Shown one piece after another: positions 38,224 to 46,033 of a stretch of DNA of 64,000 nucleotides. The notes beneath the pieces are model-generated. The model had not been told where the DNA came from and made no database searches. It worked only from the letters and a program-made list of their open reading frames with translations. Source of the stretch: a virus (taxonomy: Duplodnaviria > Caudoviricetes); IMG/VR virus record IMGVR_UViG_3300033066_002315, positions 21 through 64,020 of that record; one strand, 5' to 3'. Numbering within the stretch: the stretch's first letter is position 1; each line of letters begins with the position of its first letter. Position numbers and translations under genes: made by a program.

Positions 38224-39792
38224 ATGGCATCGAGCGGGGCGAAATTCACGGTAGAGGCGACGGCATCTTCCCCGCGCGGGTACGACGCGACCGCGGGGCA
38301 AGTGCTCGACCTTACGCTCGAGACCAACCCCGCGGTGGATGTGTGGAGCTGCGTCTACTCGGTCGCACGCGCGAACCCTGGCGCTACGGCTCCGACCTTC
38401 TCGAACGTGGGCGTCGCCGAGCCGGTGAACGCGACCGTGACGTGCACGATCCCCGCCGAGGTCGGCGCGTGGATCATCCGCTGCATGACGAACGGCGGCG
38501 AGGTTGTGGTGCGCGCGGACGGCACCAAAGACTACTCGGTCAACGTGTACGATCGCGCCGTGGTCGTCCGCACGACGGGCGGCAATCTGCGGTACTTCGT
38601 ACTCGGCGAGACGGTCGAATACAGCGAAGAGGGTTGGGTCGAAGACCTGAACGCGCTCGTCGACGCGATCGCTGGCGGCGCGGTGATCGCGCTCTCGAAC
38701 GCCACGCCGCAGGCCGCGAGCGCTGCCGCCGGGTCCGCGGGGGCCTCGACCAGCGCGAGCCGCGCCGATCACGTGCACCAGGTCTCGACCGGCACGCCCA
38801 CCGACGTAGGCACCGCGAACGCTGCGGGCGCGGCAACATCGCTCGCGCGCAGCGACCACGTGCATGCCCTCCACTTCGCGCCGGTGCAGGCGGCGCTCGC
38901 CGCGGCCTCCGGAGCGATCGCGGTGAACGGTCAGAAGATCAGCGGGCTCGCCTCGCCGACGGCCGGCACGAGCGAAGCGGCGACGGCGACCTACGCCGAG
39001 GGGGTCGTCACCTTCGCGCGGGTCAACGCCGCGCTGCTCACCGCGAACGCGTCGATCGACATCAACGCGCAGGGCTTCGTCGGCGTGGCCTTCGTGTCCT
39101 TCGGCGCGGCCGTCAACGTCGCGAGCGCGGGGCTGCTTCGGTCGAGTGGAGCCGCGCAAACGCTCCTCGCGGCGACGAGCATCGCCTCGCCGTCCAACGA
39201 TCTCGAGGTGCTCCGCGTCGATGGGGCCGACAACGTGCTGATGGGCGGCAGCTACGCGCTCGCGCTCAAGTTCGTCTCGCAGACGAGCTTCAACGTGAAG
39301 AGCAACGACCTCGCCGATCAGCTCGTCGTCGACCACGGCAACGAGCTGGTGAGTGTCACGAACTACACCGTCCAGATCCCGGCGCTCGTCATCAGCCAGC
39401 CCACGGCTCCCACGATCGTTATCGAGACGAGCGGCGGTGGAGCGGCGGTCAGCACGCACGTCGCTTACACGTGGGGCTACCAGACGCCGAACACGAGTAG
39501 CTTCGAGCTGGTGGCGATCCCGTTGCCCGGCGCGAGCCGTTGCTATGCGACGCTCACGATCACCGCGACGAACGGCAGCGTGACCACGAGCATCAAGAGG
39601 TCTTTCGTCCTGACGATCGGTCCCGGCGCGGCGGTCGCGGTCGCGGAGGACGTGGCGATCAACGCCGACATCCCCCAGGCGACCTTCAACTACAACGGCT
39701 GGTTCGTCACCGGCTCGCCGTCGAACCTCGTCTATGCCGTCGACGGCCCCACCAACTCGCGGTGGAAGGCGCACTGCGAGTTCTTCTACTGA
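38224..39792 (+). CDS. Tail fibre-like protein
   Basis: ASRADHVH/ARSDHVH repeats typical of fibres; Ala/Thr-rich. Confidence 0.7.
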   Translation: MASSGAKFTVEATASSPRGYDATAGQVLDLTLETNPAVDVWSCVYSVARANPGATAPTFSNVGVAEPVNATVTCTIPAEVGAWIIRCMTNGGEVVVRADGTKDYSVNVYDRAVVVRTTGGNLRYFVLGETVEYSEEGWVEDLNALVDAIAGGAVIALSNATPQAASAAAGSAGASTSASRADHVHQVSTGTPTDVGTANAAGAATSLARSDHVHALHFAPVQAALAAASGAIAVNGQKISGLASPTAGTSEAATATYAEGVVTFARVNAALLTANASIDINAQGFVGVAFVSFGAAVNVASAGLLRSSGAAQTLLAATSIASPSNDLEVLRVDGADNVLMGGSYALALKFVSQTSFNVKSNDLADQLVVDHGNELVSVTNYTVQIPALVISQPTAPTIVIETSGGGAAVSTHVAYTWGYQTPNTSSFELVAIPLPGASRCYATLTITATNGSVTTSIKRSFVLTIGPGAAVAVAEDVAINADIPQATFNYNGWFVTGSPSNLVYAVDGPTNSRWKAHCEFFY

Positions 39793-39856
39793 CCTCGTGC
39801 GCGCCCCGACTGGCGGGCGTACGGCAGATCCCGTATCTGTGATGCAGAGGTGCAGC

Positions 39857-40192
39857 ATGCTGAAACGCGTCCTAGTTCTCGCTTTTTCTCTCGGTCTGCT
39901 CCCGCTCTTCGCCGCGTGCGGGGATCACAACAGCTCTGGCGCCGGCGGCGCCGACCCCAACGCCTGCGCGAGCGGCGTCGCGGAATGCCCGGCCGGCTCA
40001 TTCATCATGTGCGGCGGCATGGAGTCGCTGGTCCCGTGCTGCGTCGGCGGCGAGAAGGGCCAGGCCTGCGCGACTGATGCAGGCGTGAGCACGCACGCGT
40101 GCCCGGCCACGTGCGCGACGTGCGGAGACGGACTACCGCTCTGCGCGGTCGACCTCGCGACACGCGCCGTGACGTGTCTCTGCAACCCCTGA
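39857..40192 (+). CDS. Cys-rich lipoprotein
   Basis: MLKR + hydrophobic + FAA-C lipobox; 12 further Cys. Confidence 0.7.
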   Translation: MLKRVLVLAFSLGLLPLFAACGDHNSSGAGGADPNACASGVAECPAGSFIMCGGMESLVPCCVGGEKGQACATDAGVSTHACPATCATCGDGLPLCAVDLATRAVTCLCNP

Positions 40193-40230
40193 ACGACATC
40201 CGCGCGCCGCGCGCGTGGTAGCCTTCCTCC

Positions 40231-40389
40231 ATGACCATCCTCGGCGTGCTCGTCGAGATCGCGCTCGCGCAAGACCCGCCCGAGGAGCTCGCGCTCGCAC
40301 GCGCTCCACGTACGGCTATCGGCTTCGCGCCAGATGCCGAGGCCGCGCTCGACGTCACCGACGCCTACGAGGAGCTCGCGCTCGCATGA
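40231..40389 (+). CDS. Small protein (52 aa) with duplicated EELALA
   Basis: Not in the ORF track; TAGCCT-N6-ATG; stop overlaps next start (ATGA). Confidence 0.55.
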   Translation: MTILGVLVEIALAQDPPEELALARAPRTAIGFAPDAEAALDVTDAYEELALA

Positions 40390-40712
40390 TCTCCGTCCCC
40401 CTGTTCTGGTGCGGCCTCGGCGGAACGATGGGCGTCACCTTGCGGCTCTCGCGGCTGCGAGGCCTCCCAGACTTCGACATGACCACGATCGACACCGCGC
40501 GGCTCCGGCTCGAGACATCCGCGGGTGACGTCTCGTACCTCTCCGCCTCCGTGCTCGCCGGCGCGACGGCGACGAGCGCCGAGATTCGGCATGCTCTCGG
40601 CGTCGGGTCGTTCACCGCCGCGGGCACGTGGCGACTCTGGGGCGAGGTATCAACCGACGGCGGCGACACGTGGTATCCGACGCTGGAGACTTCGCTCGAG
40701 GTCACGATCTGA
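40386..40712 (+). CDS. BppU/Ig-like domain protein
   Basis: AGTWRLWGEV strand motif; coupled start. Confidence 0.55.
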   Translation: MISVPLFWCGLGGTMGVTLRLSRLRGLPDFDMTTIDTARLRLETSAGDVSYLSASVLAGATATSAEIRHALGVGSFTAAGTWRLWGEVSTDGGDTWYPTLETSLEVTI

Positions 40713-40744
40713 TCGCAGCGGCGCGCGCGTGGTAGCCTCGCGGC

Positions 40745-41125
40745 ATGCGCTCTGCCCGACGTCTCCTCTCGCTTCTGATCCTCGTCGTCGGCTTCGTCCT
40801 CGGCCGCGTGCTCGCCGCGGCCGCTCTCGGCGTGACCGTCACCGGGTGCGGCATCCCGCCGTCGCAGATCGCCGGCGCCGTCGCCGGCCCGGCGTGCTCG
40901 CTCGTCACCGTGCTCTCGGGCGAACAGATCGCAGGCGTCGTGTGCAACGGCTTCGCCGAGGCCCTCCGCGCCGTGCTCGCGCGCACCGCGGGCGCGGCCG
41001 GTCCCGCGTCCTGCAGGCTCGTGCCGCTCTATGACGGCGACACGCAGAACTTCATCTGCGAAGGCCTCCGCGAGGAGCTCCGCCAGGAGATCGCGCGCCG
41101 GAGCGTGAAGGGCTCCGCGAAGTGA
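40745..41125 (+). CDS. Membrane protein or lipoprotein
   Basis: Long hydrophobic N-terminus with VTG-C. Confidence 0.6.
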   Translation: MRSARRLLSLLILVVGFVLGRVLAAAALGVTVTGCGIPPSQIAGAVAGPACSLVTVLSGEQIAGVVCNGFAEALRAVLARTAGAAGPASCRLVPLYDGDTQNFICEGLREELRQEIARRSVKGSAK

Positions 41126-41799
41126 TCGCGCAGCACGTCGCGATCGTCGGCCTCTCGCCCGACGCGATTCGTCTCGTCGACCTCCAGCTCGCCGCGGCCG
41201 CCGTGCTCGTCCAGCTCACGCGTGACGTCGCGCGCGTGTGGCCGATCGCGCCAAGCACGATCGCCGTCGTCGCGTCGCTCGACGAGGTGCCGGAGGGGGC
41301 GCTCGCGGTTGCCGTGCTCCCCGATCCAGACCTCGCGGGGAAGCTCGGGTATCACCGCGTCGGGCCGGATGGTCGGGCGTACGCGCGCGTGTTCACGCGC
41401 GATCGCACCCGCGACGAGATCACCGTGCTCCTATCGCACGAGATCATCGAGGCGACGATCGATCCGCTGGTCAACCTCTGGGCGGGCGACCTCGACGACA
41501 CGCTCTTCGCCGTCGAGGTCTGCGATCCCGTGCAACGGGACTCCTACGATCTGGAGCTGGGGGAACGCGCGGTGCGCGTCTCGAATTTCGTCACGCCGGC
41601 CTGGTTCAATCCGCATCGAGCCGCCTTCGATGGGCTCGATCACCTCAACCTCTGCGCCGCGCCCTTCGAGGTGCGAGAGGGCGGCTACGTGGTGAAGCGA
41701 TCGCTCATCGCGCCGGCGCCGTTCCTCTCGGTCGCGGGGCTCGACGCCGACGAGCTGCACCCCGCGTCACGCACGGCGCGCCGTCTGCGGATCGCCTAG
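41122..41799 (+). CDS. Zincin-like metallopeptidase-family protein
   Basis: SHEIIE..DP..N...EVCDPV...VSNFVTPAWF. Confidence 0.6.
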   Translation: MIAQHVAIVGLSPDAIRLVDLQLAAAAVLVQLTRDVARVWPIAPSTIAVVASLDEVPEGALAVAVLPDPDLAGKLGYHRVGPDGRAYARVFTRDRTRDEITVLLSHEIIEATIDPLVNLWAGDLDDTLFAVEVCDPVQRDSYDLELGERAVRVSNFVTPAWFNPHRAAFDGLDHLNLCAAPFEVREGGYVVKRSLIAPAPFLSVAGLDADELHPASRTARRLRIA

Positions 41800-41805
41800 A
41801 ACTCC

Positions 41806-42045
41806 CTAGAACTCTCGCCGCGCGGCCTTCTCCTCGACGACTTCGGCGCCGAGCTTCTTCGCGAGATCGTGAACCAGCGGGACGATCCACGAGTAGCTCC
41901 GGACGATATTGTTGTCTTCTGGCTCGCCGCCGATGCTCCCGTCGCCGATCGGCTTGCCATCGACAAGCACCTCGATCGAGGTCGGCTCATATCCGTCCGT
42001 GTCCTCGACCCGGATCGTGACCTTCTTTGCCTTCTTCGCAGCCAT
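41806..42045 (-). CDS. Small hypothetical protein (79 aa, antisense)
   Basis: SD GAGGGG; MAAKKAKK start. Confidence 0.6.
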   Translation of the reverse strand: MAAKKAKKVTIRVEDTDGYEPTSIEVLVDGKPIGDGSIGGEPEDNNIVRSYSWIVPLVHDLAKKLGAEVVEEKAARREF

Positions 42046-42079
42046 CAGGGCGCCCCTCTCTTTCTTCACCGCTGGTGAT

Positions 42080-42106
42080 AAACGCAAGCGTTGTAAAACG
42101 CAAGCG
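42080..42106. repeat. Direct repeat AAACGCAAGCG x2 (16-bp period) in an AT-rich divergent intergenic region
   Basis: Read directly at 42080-42090 and 42096-42106. Confidence 0.75.
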
Positions 42107-42126
42107 CGAGGCGTACGTATGCATTC

Positions 42127-42678
42127 GTGACGCTCAAGGTCTTCACCGCACGCCTCTCGCGCTCGCTGCGCGATCCAGACCTGCTCGACGTGACGCGCTC
42201 GACGGCCGATCGCGCGCGCCGCGCCAGCAGGCGCTCTCTCGGCGAGCCCTTCGCGCCGAGCTGGAAGATCCTCGGGCCGGCGCTGCAAGGGCGTGAACGC
42301 GCGACGGCGCTGTTGCGCCGGGCGCGCGAGATCGATCAGGCGCACCTCGGCGCCGCGCGGCAGCCGTCGCTCTTCGCCGGCGAGATGAACGAGGCCGCGC
42401 TCGAGGTGGCGACGCGGCTCACCGTCGAAGCCGAGGACATCGAGGCGACGCTCTGGGCATGGTACGCGCCGCGCTTCGTCGACGAGATGCGCAAGAGCTA
42501 CCGCGCGCACCGAGCCGCGTGGGATGCCCTGCTCGCGCGTCCGCGCGTGGTCTTGGCCTGCACGTGCACCGATCCTGCCCATTGCCACCGCGCCTTGCTC
42601 GCCGGGATCCTCGGCCAGCTCGGCGCCGAGATCTGCGGCGAACTCGCCGCTCCGCCGACGATGGCGCACGCCTCGTGA
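42127..42678 (+). CDS. DUF488-family protein
   Basis: LDVTRS...FAPSW...F..EMR...VVLAC.C....CHR.LLA. Confidence 0.7.
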   Translation: MTLKVFTARLSRSLRDPDLLDVTRSTADRARRASRRSLGEPFAPSWKILGPALQGRERATALLRRAREIDQAHLGAARQPSLFAGEMNEAALEVATRLTVEAEDIEATLWAWYAPRFVDEMRKSYRAHRAAWDALLARPRVVLACTCTDPAHCHRALLAGILGQLGAEICGELAAPPTMAHAS

Positions 42679-43238
42679 CCGCGCCGTCGCTCTCCAGCCT
42701 CGACAGCACCGTCGCCGCCTCGGCGATGCAGTGCGAGACCTGCGATCGCGCGGCCCCATGGCGCGGCTTCGCTGCGGCGTACGAAGCAGCCTGGGGCTCG
42801 GCGGTGCGCGAGATGCGCGAGGGGGAGATCGCGGGCGCGTGGGCGGTGAAGGGCACCACCATGCGGCGGGTCTGGACGTGCCCGGAGTGCCGCGCCCCCG
42901 AGGCGACCGCGCCAGCTCCCGAGCGCGCGCCGCTCGCGGTCCCGCTCGCCGTCCCGCTCGCCTTCGTCGACCGCGTGCGCCGCGGGGTCCGCGAGGGCAT
43001 CACGAAAGCCGACACGCACGGCGGCGGGATCGATCCCGATCTCGGGCGGACGATCGGCGCGTTGCTCGTGACCGATGCCGAGCTTTTCGACGCGTATGTG
43101 CGCGCGGCCGCGCTCGTCGCCGCGGACGAGCTGGTGAGGATGGGCGGGTTCGCACGCGGGCCGCAGAGACGCGCGGCGCTCGCGTGGTGGTCGTACGCGC
43201 GCCGCGCTCGGATCCACCTGCCCAAGCCGGTGCGGTGA
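42675..43238 (+). CDS. Hypothetical Zn-ribbon protein
   Basis: CETC...CPEC; GTG overlaps upstream TGA. Confidence 0.5.
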   Translation: MTAPSLSSLDSTVAASAMQCETCDRAAPWRGFAAAYEAAWGSAVREMREGEIAGAWAVKGTTMRRVWTCPECRAPEATAPAPERAPLAVPLAVPLAFVDRVRRGVREGITKADTHGGGIDPDLGRTIGALLVTDAELFDAYVRAAALVAADELVRMGGFARGPQRRAALAWWSYARRARIHLPKPVR

Positions 43239-43272
43239 GCAGCCCTCGCGCGCCCGCGGTATCCTCCTCCGC

Positions 43273-43770
43273 GTGATCGTCACCCTCACCACGCTCCCCT
43301 CGCGCGTCGTCTACCCCGGCACCACGCTCCGCGCGCGCGTGCGCTTCAGCGACGAGATCACCGACGCGGACCAGACGCCGGCCGCCGTGGTGTTCCTGCT
43401 TCGCCCCGCCTCCTCGGCCTCCTCCTCGCCGGCCGAGTACACATGGACCAACGACGATCCGGCCCCGGTCGTCTCGGGGCTCGACGCCACCGTGACGGCG
43501 ATCACGCGGACGGTGAGCGGCGGCGCGCTGGTCTTCTTCGAGGCGACGGTCGCGATCCCGAGCGACGCGACGCCGGGCACATGGACCTTCGCCTGGCGCG
43601 CGCTCGACGACGACAGCAACCAGCTCGCCACGCAGTGGGGCGCGGTCGACGTCGAGCCAGAGGCCTCGGGCCCGCTCCAACCCTCGCCCGTCGCGCCTCC
43701 GCCGAACCCCGACGTGATCGGCGCCGACGTCTATGCGTACGGCTACCCGCCCGGCTACTGGTACCGATAG
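43273..43770 (+). CDS. BppU/Ig-like domain protein
   Basis: PGTWTFAWRA strand motif; TATCCT-N7-GTG. Confidence 0.55.
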   Translation: MIVTLTTLPSRVVYPGTTLRARVRFSDEITDADQTPAAVVFLLRPASSASSSPAEYTWTNDDPAPVVSGLDATVTAITRTVSGGALVFFEATVAIPSDATPGTWTFAWRALDDDSNQLATQWGAVDVEPEASGPLQPSPVAPPPNPDVIGADVYAYGYPPGYWYR

Positions 43771-43803
43771 ACCGGCACGCTCTGCGGCGGCTACGCTCCG
43801 CGC

Positions 43804-44391
43804 ATGAGTTTCTGGACGTTCGTCCGCAACCTCGCCGCGACCCCCACCCCACCGCTCTCCAGGAACGGCGGGCCGGTCGCTGTCGATCAATACGGCTCGC
43901 AGGTGGTGATCTACTCGCCCGAGGCGCTCACCGCGCTCAGCGCCGCGGGCGGGCTCCCATCGCGCAGCACGCTCTCGGCGGTGCTCTGCACGTGGCAGAT
44001 CTCCGTCACCACCGGCGCGGCGGCGCTGGTGCCCGCGTGGGCGAGCGCCACCGCCTACAAGATCGGTCAGGTGGTCACCAACGACACGCTGAAGATGTAT
44101 CGGTGCATCACCGCCGGCACGAGCGCGGGGAGCGGCGGGCCGACGGGCACGAACAGCAACATCACCGACAACACCGCGCATTGGGCCTACGTGAGCAGCT
44201 TCGGCAACGGCGTGCGCGTGACCAACACGCACGCGAGCGAGAGCCTCTACGTCGGCTCTTCGGGCCTCACGACGAGCGTGGGATCGCTCATCCCCTCGGG
44301 GCTCTGGAAGGACTACCCGATCGGCGACCTGACGCAGCTCTACGTCATCGGATCTGGCTCGCTCACCGCGACCGTCGAGGCCTGTCCGTGA
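43804..44391 (+). CDS. Structural protein with CBM5/12-like module
   Basis: WASATAYKIGQVV...YRC...HWAY. Confidence 0.6.
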   Translation: MSFWTFVRNLAATPTPPLSRNGGPVAVDQYGSQVVIYSPEALTALSAAGGLPSRSTLSAVLCTWQISVTTGAAALVPAWASATAYKIGQVVTNDTLKMYRCITAGTSAGSGGPTGTNSNITDNTAHWAYVSSFGNGVRVTNTHASESLYVGSSGLTTSVGSLIPSGLWKDYPIGDLTQLYVIGSGSLTATVEACP

Positions 44392-45554
44392 GATCGCCGG
44401 CGCAGAACTTCGGGCGGATGGGCGGCCAACCTCCCAAGCGACCGGCCCCGCTCTATCTCGACTTCTCCTCCGCGAGCCCTGGGCCCGCGACCGGGCTCCT
44501 CGGGCCGCTCTCCTTCGCGCGCGCGAGCGCCGCCAACGCGCAGAGCGGCGCGGCGGTGATGCTCGTCGACGGCGTGAGCGGCACGAGCATCGGAACCAAC
44601 GTCCCGCGGATCGTGAACTTCGGCACCGGCGCCGGGCTGATCGTCGAGAAGCCCGCCGCAAACCTCGTCGCCCTCCCGCGCGCGTTCGGGTCGTGGCCGA
44701 GCGCTGGCGCTGGGGTGACGACCTATACGAACAACGCGGTCGCGGGCCCGGACGGCCAGAGCTTCGCGGACCGGCTACAGGTCGCAAGCAACGCCTACGC
44801 GCGGTACCAGACGATCGCCGTCGGCGCGCCGCCGCAGTGGACCACCGGATCGCTCTGGATGCGGGGCGCGGCCGGCGGCGAGCCGTACCAAATGGACATC
44901 TTCCATGGGGTCGGCAACTTCGACGTTGCCGGCACGCTCCTCGCCACGTGGGCGCGCTACGCGTGGACCCAAAACATGGCGGGGACCGGCGGATTCGTCC
45001 CCGGCGACGGCCGCTTCGAGGGCAACGCGGGCTTCCCGCAAGCACTCGATTTCTACGCCGACATGGGGCAGGCCGAGGCGAGCCCGTACGCGACCACCTG
45101 GGCAGCCTCGACGCGCGCGGGAGAGCGCCTCTATCACCCGACCGGATCGGCGCTGGTGCGCGGCGGGAAGCTCACGATCGACATCACCTTCATCCCCGAA
45201 TACGCCTCCTCGGTCATCACCGCGGCCAAGAGGCTTTGGACCGACGCGGCCGACGCGACCACCTACCTCGAGATCGACCCGGCGAGCTTGAAGCTCAAGG
45301 CCTCCGTGGTGGGGAGCGCCGTGCTGCTCGGCACCGCGATCCCGGCGTGGAGCGCGTTCGACACGCTGCGGATCCAGGCGGTTGTCGGCAACGGCGCGCC
45401 CTCGGGCTTCGCGGTGCTCAACGGCGGCGCGCAACAGAGCCTCGGCACCGGCTCGGCGCACGCGGCGATCGCGCTCGCGGGCGCGCTGGACATCGCGTGC
45501 AGCGGCACCTCGTCGCAGCTCGACGCGGCGATCAAGCGGCTGCGATTCCTGTAG
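44388..45554 (+). CDS. Head-spike or lectin (LamG-like) fibre protein
   Basis: SFARAS...VPRI...GLIVEK..ANL pattern; aromatic-rich beta-sandwich. Confidence 0.55.
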   Translation: MRSPAQNFGRMGGQPPKRPAPLYLDFSSASPGPATGLLGPLSFARASAANAQSGAAVMLVDGVSGTSIGTNVPRIVNFGTGAGLIVEKPAANLVALPRAFGSWPSAGAGVTTYTNNAVAGPDGQSFADRLQVASNAYARYQTIAVGAPPQWTTGSLWMRGAAGGEPYQMDIFHGVGNFDVAGTLLATWARYAWTQNMAGTGGFVPGDGRFEGNAGFPQALDFYADMGQAEASPYATTWAASTRAGERLYHPTGSALVRGGKLTIDITFIPEYASSVITAAKRLWTDAADATTYLEIDPASLKLKASVVGSAVLLGTAIPAWSAFDTLRIQAVVGNGAPSGFAVLNGGAQQSLGTGSAHAAIALAGALDIACSGTSSQLDAAIKRLRFL

Positions 45555-45563
45555 ACTGGCCGC

Positions 45564-45959
45564 ATGCCCAACATCAATTTGACCGTGAAGAGCATCCAGG
45601 ATGTCTACGCCGCCGCCAACGACGAGGGGATCCCCGTCGGCTGGGTGTGGCAGGACCCCGAGGCCTCGTACAACTACGAGCTCTCGCCCGTGTACCTGGC
45701 GAAGCCCATGCCGCGGAGAGACCCCATTTTGATCCAGATGGGCGACGGGAACGTCTGGTGCCCGGATGCCTACCCGGCGGCCAACGTCCCCGGCTCGCCG
45801 CCGACGGGGCCGCAGCTCGACGGACAGCAGACCGCGTGGACCGTCACCAACGACGACATCACGCCCAACCAGTCGACGACGCTCTCGGTCTCGCCGGGCG
45901 TCTACCTCCCGAACCCGGACGCGCACGTGACCGTGAGCAACGGGGTGATGAGCTGGTGA
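45564..45959 (+). CDS. Hypothetical protein
   Basis: TAGACT-N6-ATG; last late gene. Confidence 0.6.
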   Translation: MPNINLTVKSIQDVYAAANDEGIPVGWVWQDPEASYNYELSPVYLAKPMPRRDPILIQMGDGNVWCPDAYPAANVPGSPPTGPQLDGQQTAWTVTNDDITPNQSTTLSVSPGVYLPNPDAHVTVSNGVMSW

Positions 45960-45997
45960 GGGAAGCGAGCTCGCGCGGAACGCTGCGAGCCTGAACG

Positions 45998-46032
45998 GAG
46001 AGCCCGGCGGAGACGTCGGGCTCTCGTCTTTT
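45998..46032 (+). terminator. Terminator between convergent blocks
   Basis: GAGAGCCCG/CGGGCTCTC stem followed by GTCTTTT. Confidence 0.75.
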
Positions 46033-46033
46033 G

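Noticed and set aside
42114-42126. TANNNT element before the DUF488 gene
   Set aside because: Candidates read TACGTA or TATGCA and lack the final T, so it was not counted
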